A stretch of DNA of 64,000 bases, taken from sequence record NC_042136.1; one strand, written 5' to 3'. Within the stretch, counting starts at the first letter, position 1; each line of letters begins with the position of its first letter. This document shows positions 29,129 to 37,998 of the stretch, piece after piece. The position numbers and the translations under genes were made by a program. The notes beneath the pieces were generated by a model. It was not told the origin of the DNA and ran no database searches. It saw only the letters and a list, made by a program, of their open reading frames with translations.

Positions 29129-31082
29129 AGTAAGACTCGAAACCCTAGCAAAACAAATCCGTTATCACGCCGGTATTTACTATCGTCAAGATACGTCTGA
29201 GATCAGCGACGCGGATTATGATTTGTTAGTTCAAGAGTATAATCAAATCATCAACGACCATCCTGACTTACTTACGCCGGACGTGGATGTGTATCGTGAA
29301 CAAGCGGTTCCGATTGATGACGAAGAGTCTAAGTTCACCAAAGTGAAACACGACCCGGCGATGTTGTCTTTAGCAAACGTCTTTACCCCAGACCAACATG
29401 CGGACTGGGTATCGAAGCTACCGGAAGAAGCCCGAGACGATTTAGTTGATGAGTGGAAATACGATGGGGTCGCCTTACGTCTTGTTTACCTCGGTGGTAA
29501 GTTAGATAAAATCTTGACTCGTGGCACTGGGTTGATTGGTGAAGATGTCACAGAAGCGCTACCTTACTACGGGAACATCCCTAGCGAACTAGTTGGTACT
29601 TTTGTCGATGAAGACTCTAAAATCATTATTGATGGAGAAGGATTGATAGAACTGTCTATGTACGACCGCATCAATGATGTAGTCCCAATCCCATACATCA
29701 CACCTCGTCATGCAGCATCAGGGATTACCCGTAACCGTTCGTTAGGTGATGTGGTTAATGGGTCCTTAACTTTCATGGCTCATACGTTCCCAGTAGCGAT
29801 AGAACACGATTACGACATCACGATGCAAGCGCTACGAGATATCGGGTTTGCTACCGCAGCTGATTACCGAGTGGATGAAGTCGGTGTAGAACGTCCGATT
29901 CATATTCCTTTTGCCATTGATGGTATCGTAACTAAAATTAAGACACAGTCTGTCCGTAACAAGTTAGGTTCCACCAACCACCACCCTCGTTGGGCGATTG
30001 CTTACAAATTCCCTACACTGAAAGAGTCTAGTAAACTCGAAGACGTGGTGTGGGAAACCGGTCGGACTGGGACAGTGACACCAGTGGCGGAATTCGCTCC
30101 AGTCCAAATAGCGGGTGTGACAGTACGTAGAGCGACGTTGCATAACTTCCGTGCTTTCCAACGTTCTAGCGAAGGGTTGCGAGTAGGGAGTGAAATCGTT
30201 GTCGGTATGGCGGGAGATATCATCCCTCAGTTCTTCGAAGTCACATCAGTAGGGAAAGGTCGTCAATGTAAGTCACCTAAAGAGTGTCCGAGTTGTGGTG
30301 AACCTTTGCATTACGAAGGAACTGATGAAGACCAAGTGTTCTTACGTTGTACTAACCATTCGGGATGTCCGGCACAAACCTTTGGTCGCTTGTTGAACTT
30401 CGGTGGGACTCACGGGATGAACATCATGGGTTTAGGTCCTGCTTCCATCAAACGTTTTTCTGACTTAGGTTATTTGAATAACTTTGTTGATTTGTATCGT
30501 CTTCGTACGGTATTAGGTCAACAGCCGTTAACCAAGGTCGAAGAGAAACTGTTGGATGCGATTGATGTAAGTCGTGAAACTAACTTAATTCGTTTCATCA
30601 CGGCTTTGGGGATTAATGGTGTGGCTAAAGGTACAGCTAAAATCTTAGTTGCTGAACTTAGTAACCCTGAGACGCTCTTAGACGACCTGTGTGACACGGA
30701 ACGCCTCGCATCGATAAAAGACATCGGTTGGGGTATAGCGTTGAACTGTGCGTCTTACGTAAAGACTCATCGTGCATCTTTAGAATCATTAATGAAAGAA
30801 CTCACTTTTGCTTCTTTGGATATCCCTAAAGACTTACGTCCAGTGTGTGTGACGGGTAATTTCCCTTTCCGTCGTAAAGCACTAGCACATGATTTATTGA
30901 GTCATGGAGTGGAGGTCACGGATAAGGTAAACTCTAAAACGGTCGCGTTAGTGTGTGGGGAATACCCAACTAAACACAAAGAAGAAACGGCTAAGGAACT
31001 GGATACTCCAGTCATTCATATTTTGACCCACCCAGAACTCACGGTAAGTGAAGTGGTGGAAGTTATTTTGCGCTGTGTATAA
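29115..31082 (+). CDS. ligA: NAD-dependent DNA ligase
   Basis: N-terminal Ia domain (YY..D...ISDADYD), EWKYDG adenylation motif, DGIVTK, WAIAYKF, OB fold, Cys4 zinc finger (CPSC...C...C), HhH region, BRCT-like C-terminus. Confidence 0.95.
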   Translation: MNLFKVRLETLAKQIRYHAGIYYRQDTSEISDADYDLLVQEYNQIINDHPDLLTPDVDVYREQAVPIDDEESKFTKVKHDPAMLSLANVFTPDQHADWVSKLPEEARDDLVDEWKYDGVALRLVYLGGKLDKILTRGTGLIGEDVTEALPYYGNIPSELVGTFVDEDSKIIIDGEGLIELSMYDRINDVVPIPYITPRHAASGITRNRSLGDVVNGSLTFMAHTFPVAIEHDYDITMQALRDIGFATAADYRVDEVGVERPIHIPFAIDGIVTKIKTQSVRNKLGSTNHHPRWAIAYKFPTLKESSKLEDVVWETGRTGTVTPVAEFAPVQIAGVTVRRATLHNFRAFQRSSEGLRVGSEIVVGMAGDIIPQFFEVTSVGKGRQCKSPKECPSCGEPLHYEGTDEDQVFLRCTNHSGCPAQTFGRLLNFGGTHGMNIMGLGPASIKRFSDLGYLNNFVDLYRLRTVLGQQPLTKVEEKLLDAIDVSRETNLIRFITALGINGVAKGTAKILVAELSNPETLLDDLCDTERLASIKDIGWGIALNCASYVKTHRASLESLMKELTFASLDIPKDLRPVCVTGNFPFRRKALAHDLLSHGVEVTDKVNSKTVALVCGEYPTKHKEETAKELDTPVIHILTHPELTVSEVVEVILRCV

Positions 31083-31113
31083 CAGCGCTTTATTTTTATA
31101 AGGATACTTTCTT

Positions 31114-31434
31114 ATGCGTCAAATCTATCTAGTCACGGTTCACGTTGGTGAACTCGATGGTAAAGAAATACTACGTCGTTTAAAAGCTCGTGAAACACCA
31201 GCTTATCGCATCCATTCGGTGGACCATAGCTCAGTGACGATTTATTCGATCAGTGACGATGAGAACGCCATTCTACGTGATACTGCGAAGCTCACGGATT
31301 CTGAACACACCAACTACGAAGTGTCTAAACTGACCAACTCTCATTTTGTTGTTTGGTTAAAAGACGAAACCGATGGCGACATTCGTTACTCTGATAAAGA
31401 TCACCAATTAGCCGGCTCTTTGTTTAACCGTTAA
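31114..31434 (+). CDS. hypothetical protein
   Basis: 106 aa, AAGGA RBS. Confidence 0.7.
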   Translation: MRQIYLVTVHVGELDGKEILRRLKARETPAYRIHSVDHSSVTIYSISDDENAILRDTAKLTDSEHTNYEVSKLTNSHFVVWLKDETDGDIRYSDKDHQLAGSLFNR

Positions 31435-31466
31435 CCAACCACCTACAGTAAAAAGGAAAGACTATC

Positions 31467-32702
31467 ATGTCTAAGAAAGCAACTAAAGTTAAAGTTCCAG
31501 AAGTTAAAGAAGAAACCGTCGTTACGGAAACCGCGGTACCTGTGTCATCTGTTCCTGAAAACGGTCTTAAACTCGCGCACGCTCATGGTGTGGTAGTCCT
31601 AGCAGACGGAACCATCCACCGTGTCGATGCTAAAACACAAGACGCTATCACGCTCAAAGACCTAAGACTGAACAATTACCGTATTACCGGGATTTTGTCT
31701 GAGATCGATAAAGCCAAAGCAATAGGTTACCCTTACAAAACTGCGGAAACAACCCTAGGTGAAGAGAAACTTTACAAAGTCGTAGACTCTGACGAATATC
31801 AAATCTGGATGGATGAAAGTTCAGTTGTTGATTTATCCACTAGTGCGGATGATTGTTGGGGAGGTTTCATTAGTAAAGAACACAAACAGAAAGTCGTCTT
31901 ATACGCACTTAACTCCAAAGTCGAAGTAGAAAACTTGGATGTGGATACTACGATTGCCTCACCGGAAACAGTAGTGATTAACACGGACTTGAAAACCACT
32001 ACGTTGGTCAGTTCGGTGATTGGTGGTACATTACACCGTGCTAAGCTAACCGCGCGTAGTGTGAAAAACAGCGTGATGTTACTTAGCCATGGTACTTTGG
32101 AAGCCGACCATATCGAGAACTCAGATTTGACGTCGTGTTCCGGTAACATCCGAGGTAGCATCCGTGACTCCGAAATGACACGTTGTTACTTGAACACCAC
32201 CGGTTATTCTTCTATCTCGGGTTGTCGTTTAGATAACGTGAATATGTCAGCCCGTTCGATCACCCTAGGTAAACACATGGATAAGGGTTATTGGGCTCGT
32301 ATGCCGATGAAAGATTTCCATTTCTACGACGATGGTGTTGATATGGATATTAGTCGTGCATTCGAAACTGGTAAAACTGGTGCAGGTCTGGGTCGTTTTG
32401 AGATTCTGTTCTTCCCTGTACGTAAGAACAACAAAATTGAAATCTTGTTGCAATCGCAACAAAGCAATGACGAGTACACTACTCCGACTACTTACATTGG
32501 TCTGGATGAATCGCGTATGAGCATTCGTGAGAAAGTGACTGCGATTTTGTTCCCTAATAAAACCAAGAAACGTGATGAAGATGGTTTACACAATCGTGCT
32601 ATGCGCAACACTGTGGAGTCATCGATCATTGATGAGGCCGTAGGTGTCCTACACGGTCGTATATCGTTAATTAACCAAGCACGCTTAATGGCGTCTATCT
32701 AA
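31467..32702 (+). CDS. beta-solenoid repeat protein, paralog 1
   Basis: short [IVL]xNSx[LVM] repeats (VKNSVM, IENSDL, IRDSEM); related to the next two ORFs. Confidence 0.7.
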   Translation: MSKKATKVKVPEVKEETVVTETAVPVSSVPENGLKLAHAHGVVVLADGTIHRVDAKTQDAITLKDLRLNNYRITGILSEIDKAKAIGYPYKTAETTLGEEKLYKVVDSDEYQIWMDESSVVDLSTSADDCWGGFISKEHKQKVVLYALNSKVEVENLDVDTTIASPETVVINTDLKTTTLVSSVIGGTLHRAKLTARSVKNSVMLLSHGTLEADHIENSDLTSCSGNIRGSIRDSEMTRCYLNTTGYSSISGCRLDNVNMSARSITLGKHMDKGYWARMPMKDFHFYDDGVDMDISRAFETGKTGAGLGRFEILFFPVRKNNKIEILLQSQQSNDEYTTPTTYIGLDESRMSIREKVTAILFPNKTKKRDEDGLHNRAMRNTVESSIIDEAVGVLHGRISLINQARLMASI

Positions 32703-32758
32703 AACTTAAAGTCTGTTAGGGAGCCTTCACGGGCTCCCTAATGGATGAGGTAAAGATT

Positions 32759-33259
32759 ATGAATACTGAAATACCAACCACCATCAAAGAACTCACCATC
32801 AATGGTGAGACTAAGTCTTACGAAGTTAACATCGTCGGTACCGATAGTGAAACGGTTACTGCCGTAATCGCCATGAGTGCGATGGCAATGTGTGACAATG
32901 ACCCTTTTGTTCGTCTAGGGATCAACGATTGGGCAGAGACTCGTGATGAAGATCATCCGGTTTATTCTTACGAGTCACCAGACGGTCTGTTAAGCATCGA
33001 GTTCGACGATAACATTAATGTGGACCTGCACGTCGATTTAGATAAACCTACGTCTGTATGGCTGTTTAACAGCTCTGTAGAGGGTGCCTTGAAAGTAGAA
33101 GGTTACGGCGGGTTGTTTAATTGTGAACTCCAAGGTAAGAAAATCATCATGCGCGATTCTTTGTTGTTTAATCAAAACGATTTACCAGAAGGGAATCTGT
33201 TGATTAACACCACTATGATTCATCTCGCTAAATCAAAAGTAACTGCTGTGAAGGAGTAA
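32759..33259 (+). CDS. beta-solenoid repeat protein, short paralog 2
   Basis: start moved to ATG 32759 (GAGG RBS); LFNSSV, LFNCEL and IMRDSL repeats. Confidence 0.65.
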   Translation: MNTEIPTTIKELTINGETKSYEVNIVGTDSETVTAVIAMSAMAMCDNDPFVRLGINDWAETRDEDHPVYSYESPDGLLSIEFDDNINVDLHVDLDKPTSVWLFNSSVEGALKVEGYGGLFNCELQGKKIIMRDSLLFNQNDLPEGNLLINTTMIHLAKSKVTAVKE

Positions 33260-33267
33260 GTAATCAA

Positions 33268-34293
33268 ATGGCTAATAAGAAAGAACAACCTAAAGATGTA
33301 GAGATCACCGTAGTACTGGGTGGTAAAATTCAAGACTTGGTTGGCAAACCCTTCGATGGTAAGAAGGTCAAAGACATTTTGACCCAAGATCAATTGGAGA
33401 ACATCTCAGGGTTCGTAATTCGTGAAGAGTTAAGCAAACGAACACTTTACGAAGCAACCGCTAAAGATGAAAAAGGTCGTGAACTGAAGGTGATCTTTAC
33501 GGAAGGGGACCATGTCGTCAAAATCGAAGAGTTGATGTCTATGAGTACGCCAGCTGCGACGTTGTTCTTGGTAGGGCGTACTAAAGTCCACGCTCGTAGT
33601 ATAAATGGTTACGCAGTGGTATGGGATTCTGAAGTCGAAACCCAAATCATTTCGCGATCCACGTTCGTACAGTCAAATGTGGAAGCCTTTAGTGTAAGAT
33701 GTTCTTCGTTGCGAGAAGTCCGTTTAGAAACAGGTAGAGGCAGTGTCGTCATCAAATCTAACCTCATGGATTCTGAAATCAAAGCTGGTCAACAATGTCA
33801 TATTGCTAATTCAACGGTGAATGAATGTTATTTGACGGTGGTCGACACCATACGCTTGCGCAACACTCATATGAAGTCAGTGGAAGTAGATGCTAATGGC
33901 CTGTCTATCAATATGTCTGGGGATGTTAAGAGTTTCACAGAGTTCTCTATGAACGTCCCGGGTGACATTGACGTATTCCATCCGATGTGTCGTATGAGTA
34001 TGATGGGTGAGTGGTACAACCCATTCGGTATCACGCTCATCACGGGGTCTAAAGAGGGTGCGGTCGGTTATTGGTTAGGTAAGGTGGCTTCATTTAAAGA
34101 AGCAGTGTTCCTGAAGCCTGAGCAGCTTAATCAAGATACCCTGTACACCATTCTAGAAGAAATGTTGGCCGAGTACGAAAACCAAGACCTCGATGAGTTT
34201 ACGTTATCAGTGGTGAGTCACTACGCTGATGCGATCTCTGGTCGTGATGAAATCATCACTATGGCTCGTGCCGCTAATCGCATCCTAGGTTAA
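33268..34293 (+). CDS. beta-solenoid repeat protein, paralog 3
   Basis: VWDSEV, VIKSNL and IANSTV repeats; C-terminal GRDEIITMAR aligns with GRISLINQAR of paralog 1. Confidence 0.7.
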   Translation: MANKKEQPKDVEITVVLGGKIQDLVGKPFDGKKVKDILTQDQLENISGFVIREELSKRTLYEATAKDEKGRELKVIFTEGDHVVKIEELMSMSTPAATLFLVGRTKVHARSINGYAVVWDSEVETQIISRSTFVQSNVEAFSVRCSSLREVRLETGRGSVVIKSNLMDSEIKAGQQCHIANSTVNECYLTVVDTIRLRNTHMKSVEVDANGLSINMSGDVKSFTEFSMNVPGDIDVFHPMCRMSMMGEWYNPFGITLITGSKEGAVGYWLGKVASFKEAVFLKPEQLNQDTLYTILEEMLAEYENQDLDEFTLSVVSHYADAISGRDEIITMARAANRILG

Positions 34294-34301
34294 TCATAAA
34301 C

Positions 34302-34353
34302 TAACCCTACCTCCCGTTAAGGAGGTAGGGTTATTATGGTTGATTATTTTTTT
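34302..34353 (+). terminator. intrinsic terminator
   Basis: TAACCCTACCTCC-cgttaa-GGAGGTAGGGTTA, then TTATTTTTTT about 10 nt later. Confidence 0.75.
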
Positions 34354-34445
34354 ACTGGACACGCTATTATTTTGGGGGAGGGGGTCAAAGCTCAAATCCG
34401 TAGGATAATTTAAGATAATTATAAGAAAGATAAATAAATATAAAT

Positions 34446-34475
34446 CTATATTATCAGAGTGTAATGTCCAACACT
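34446..34475 (+). promoter_or_regulatory. putative early promoter with overlapping hairpin
   Basis: CTATATTAT-CAGA-GTGTA after an AT-rich tract; AGTGT (34458-34462) is complementary to ACACT (34471-34475). Confidence 0.7.
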
Positions 34476-34502
34476 TATTTAACCTTAATAGAGGAAATTA
34501 TT

Positions 34503-35447
34503 ATGAAGAACAAATATGCCAAAGACCTAGGCAAAGATATCGAAGCTTACATACAAGCCCATCCTGAGGCCAACCGCATTTCTCAGATATGTGAACACTT
34601 TGGTATTGGTCGTATGGTCTTTGCTCAAGCCATCAAAACCTTCACCCATTTGACCGGTAAAGAGTTTATCAACGTTCAACGTAGGAAAGCCGTGATCGAA
34701 CATCTTAAGAAAAAGAATGCAACGGTAGAGTCAGTAGCCGAAGTCATTGGGATGAAATGTTTGTTCAGCACACAATCTGTCATACGTAAATGGTTTGGTC
34801 AACCTTTAGGTCACTTAGTTCATCTGGCTAATATCAACCGCCTAGATAAATTCTTAAAGTGTGAACATCAAGTTTATCGTCAATTCCTAGCGGAAGAAAT
34901 GATGGACTACATTGATAACCATAATGGGAAGGTTAACATCAATTCTGATCTTACTGGAGAGTTCCAGATGGGACAAACCATGATCAATACGATATGGCGA
35001 GAATACAGTCCTGATGAGACGTTGGTGTTGTATATCCGTATGACTAAAGCGCAATACGTTCGTAACTCATTCCTTAAAGAACAATGTACCATGGAAGAAC
35101 TCCTTAAACGCACTGGGTTTAATCGTACGTTCATCGAGGCGCTCCATAAAGAGCTCTACGGTATCACGTTAGGAGCGTGGGTGAAAAAGAACTACAAACA
35201 TCCACAAATCCGTAATCCTGATGGCAAGGGATTTACGTTGGTTCCGGCAGACACCTTAGATCGCATAACTTCAGCGATTAAGGATGAGCACACTTCGTTA
35301 CAAGAAGTCAGTGACGCGGTAGGGTATTCCATTTACATCGTGTTACGTATTGTTCAGTTTTACACGGATAAGAACTTCGCCCAGTATCGTAAAGAGGTCA
35401 TCGAAAAGAAACTTCATTTGAATAAAACTGAGACGTACTATGTATGA
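34503..35447 (+). CDS. multi-AraC-domain HTH DNA-binding protein
   Basis: start moved to ATG 34503 (GAGGA RBS); two complete AraC/XylS-type double-HTH domains plus a further HTH, with no ligand-binding domain. Confidence 0.7.
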   Translation: MKNKYAKDLGKDIEAYIQAHPEANRISQICEHFGIGRMVFAQAIKTFTHLTGKEFINVQRRKAVIEHLKKKNATVESVAEVIGMKCLFSTQSVIRKWFGQPLGHLVHLANINRLDKFLKCEHQVYRQFLAEEMMDYIDNHNGKVNINSDLTGEFQMGQTMINTIWREYSPDETLVLYIRMTKAQYVRNSFLKEQCTMEELLKRTGFNRTFIEALHKELYGITLGAWVKKNYKHPQIRNPDGKGFTLVPADTLDRITSAIKDEHTSLQEVSDAVGYSIYIVLRIVQFYTDKNFAQYRKEVIEKKLHLNKTETYYV

Positions 35448-35471
35448 ACATAACTACAAGGAAATATTATC

Positions 35472-35996
35472 ATGTTGATAATCAATACCGATGGTTCATG
35501 CATCGGAAAATCAGGTCCCGGACCTTCGGGTTACGGAATCGTAGTCCGTGACGGGGATGTCACCGTAGAACTGTCTGATGGTTACGCTTGGTCTACCAAT
35601 AACCGTATGGAGCTCTTAGCACCTATCATCGCCTTAGAAGGGCTTACAGAGCCTCGTAAGGTGAGTGTTACCACTGACTCCCAATACGTTAAGCAAGGGA
35701 TCGAACAATGGGTGCACGGTTGGTTACGTCGAGGATGGAAACGAGCCGATGGTGGTCCGGTTAAGAACGAGGATTTGTGGCGTCGTCTTTATGACATGAC
35801 TCGTTATCATAATGTGAAATGGCATTGGGTAAAAGGTCACTCTGGTGATCCTGATAACGAACGTTGTGATACCATGGCGCAAGAAGCCGCTCGTGCTAAC
35901 CCGACCAAAATCGACCACGGGTATTATACCTACAACGAAAACCTACCTAAGTATGAATCGAAAGGTCATCAATGGTGGAAGTACAAAAAACGTTAA
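35472..35996 (+). CDS. rnhA: ribonuclease HI
   Basis: TDGSC...G.G, TNNRMEL, TDSQYVKQGI, WVKGHSG..DNERCD; all four acidic catalytic positions present. Confidence 0.95.
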   Translation: MLIINTDGSCIGKSGPGPSGYGIVVRDGDVTVELSDGYAWSTNNRMELLAPIIALEGLTEPRKVSVTTDSQYVKQGIEQWVHGWLRRGWKRADGGPVKNEDLWRRLYDMTRYHNVKWHWVKGHSGDPDNERCDTMAQEAARANPTKIDHGYYTYNENLPKYESKGHQWWKYKKR

Positions 35997-36005
35997 GGAC
36001 ACGTC

Positions 36006-36299
36006 ATGGCTCCTATATCGAACCAGACCATTAAGAAAATCTTAAAGAAAGTGAAGTCAGGTGGAACCATCAGCTGTAATGAAGAAGATGCCGTTTATCG
36101 TCATCCTTCGGTCGGCACTACCGTACGATGTAATTTACTCACACGCCCTAACTACAGTCCGTATTGCGGGAACTTTGGGGAGTGTGAGTCATTACCTAGG
36201 ACGAGTTATGATGGTGGGCAGTTTGTTTGTGGTGACTGCGGATGGCGTAGTCAATTCCCCGACGACTTCATGAAACTTTACCGCCTAGTAAGGAAATAA
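36006..36299 (+). CDS. small Cys-rich (zinc-finger-like) protein
   Basis: PYCG...C..LPRT...GQFVCGDCGW. Confidence 0.6.
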   Translation: MAPISNQTIKKILKKVKSGGTISCNEEDAVYRHPSVGTTVRCNLLTRPNYSPYCGNFGECESLPRTSYDGGQFVCGDCGWRSQFPDDFMKLYRLVRK

Positions 36300-36302
36300 C
36301 TC

Positions 36303-36830
36303 ATGGCTAAGAAATTGATCAGCGATATTCATATCGCGTTGTCTAAGGAAAGTGACTTAGATGATTTGGTGAACGCATTTAAGTCTAACTTAACTGAACG
36401 TCGTTCACCAACCATCAATCATAACTATTTGAACCACCATCCATTCTATCCGGGCATTTGGCATAAATTCAATGGTCGCGCTTACACACTCCCTTATTAC
36501 CTTCGTTTGAAAGACGGTACAGTGTTAGGTGGCGAACAAACAGAGTGTGGACTACATACCCGTTGGGACGGTCATCGTTTTAATGTTATCAGTAACACCG
36601 AACCTGATAGTACCCACGACCACCACATCACGGTAGCTCCTGAATCAGTGGACCACATTTACATCCCGACTAAAGAAGAACTCAGTTTCTGCCACAGCGC
36701 ACAATTGATGTTGGACGCCCACCAAGACCCAGACTGGTTAGAAAAAGTTTATGGTGACCTCCTACCAGAAATCGGGATTGGTGACCACGGGGATTTACTT
36801 TATTTAAAACCTAGGGAAAATGTGCAATGA
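36303..36830 (+). CDS. hypothetical protein
   Basis: 175 aa, in operon; overlaps the next start. Confidence 0.75.
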   Translation: MAKKLISDIHIALSKESDLDDLVNAFKSNLTERRSPTINHNYLNHHPFYPGIWHKFNGRAYTLPYYLRLKDGTVLGGEQTECGLHTRWDGHRFNVISNTEPDSTHDHHITVAPESVDHIYIPTKEELSFCHSAQLMLDAHQDPDWLEKVYGDLLPEIGIGDHGDLLYLKPRENVQ

Positions 36831-37309
36831 AAATTAATTTGGACCCTATTGTTACTGAACCTAAAGGTTACGTTTCAGTAGATTTAGCGTTTCACCAGTG
36901 TGAGCGCATTCGTGATATCTTAATCGAACAAGACATCACTCCTATCGACGATGGTAAGTTCCATTGCACGATCGCTTACGACAAAGATTTAGGTCACGTT
37001 ACGTTAGAACAAGAGATCGACCCGACTAGAGTCTACGAAGGCGAAGTCGTTAGCATCGAACTTATGGGACCGGTTAAAGACGGTAAGCAGTCCGCTTTAG
37101 CATTTGTTATGCGCAGTGACCAGCTTAAAGAAGAACACGAGTGTTGGTTAGCTGCTGGCTATGATCATAAGTGGGATGACTACGTCGCACACATGTCTGT
37201 GGCTTACGACATTGATGTAGAAGAAGGCGAACGTATGAAAGAGATCCTAAAACCTTTCATCGGTGAAACGTTCTATTTTGATAATTTGTCAGCCGCTCCG
37301 GTTAAGTAG
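36827..37309 (+). CDS. acb1: 2H phosphoesterase, anti-CBASS Acb1 (T4 gp57B)-like
   Basis: two HxT/S motifs, KFHCTIAY and YVAHMSVAY, with gp57B-like context (GYV at the N-terminus; L..EH...LAAGYDHKWDDY..H). Confidence 0.75.
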   Translation: MKINLDPIVTEPKGYVSVDLAFHQCERIRDILIEQDITPIDDGKFHCTIAYDKDLGHVTLEQEIDPTRVYEGEVVSIELMGPVKDGKQSALAFVMRSDQLKEEHECWLAAGYDHKWDDYVAHMSVAYDIDVEEGERMKEILKPFIGETFYFDNLSAAPVK

Positions 37310-37316
37310 TATTTGT

Positions 37317-37346
37317 ACCCGTCTTCTTAGGCGGGTTTATTTTTTT
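37317..37346 (+). terminator. intrinsic terminator closing the early AraC-RNase H-Acb1 unit
   Basis: ACCCGTCT-tctt-AGGCGGGT followed by TTATTTTTTT. Confidence 0.75.
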
Positions 37347-37360
37347 AGTTGGTATTTATT

Positions 37361-37990
37361 ATGTCTAGAAGAAACAGCACCACGGTCAGTCACACCTTAC
37401 AAGCTCGTCGTCAGAAAAAGCGTAATCAACGAACGATTGCTTTAGTGGTATCTAAGATCCGTGATCAACTTTATTTTTCAGGGTCTCACTATCACCAAAT
37501 GGATGGGAAACATTGGACACCTTATCTTAAGATGTTGAGTAGACCAGAAGATCGTAACACCGCCATCACCGTGGCGATCGATATCTTGATGGAAACTACC
37601 GATTGGCAGTTATTGCACTTCATAGCCGTTGATACCGGTGATGCTGTGGAGTTGTTTTCTTTCAACAACATCTTACGTCGGGTTACTTACTTAAGTGCAC
37701 CTAAGACGGTAATGGACCTGATCGATGGGACGTTGGATATGATGAAACAACAAATCGACGAGGAACAGATAGTAGAAGGGACTAAACTCAACAAACACAT
37801 GTCTATCGTGGGATTTGCTTATTACTTATTTAACTCCACGACCTATGATGTGAAAGGTTCCGAAGACACGATCGCTGATACCTTAGTAAACGATGGTACC
37901 TTCGAGCATCCTTTCAACCCTGACGAGTATCAACGTTTGAAACCGTCAGACTTCTCAGAATTCTTTACTCGTCAACAACAAACTAATTAG
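37361..37990 (+). CDS. hypothetical protein (basic N-terminus)
   Basis: ATG at 37361 preferred; ~209 aa. Confidence 0.7.
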   Translation: MSRRNSTTVSHTLQARRQKKRNQRTIALVVSKIRDQLYFSGSHYHQMDGKHWTPYLKMLSRPEDRNTAITVAIDILMETTDWQLLHFIAVDTGDAVELFSFNNILRRVTYLSAPKTVMDLIDGTLDMMKQQIDEEQIVEGTKLNKHMSIVGFAYYLFNSTTYDVKGSEDTIADTLVNDGTFEHPFNPDEYQRLKPSDFSEFFTRQQQTN

Positions 37991-37998
37991 AGGTTCTC

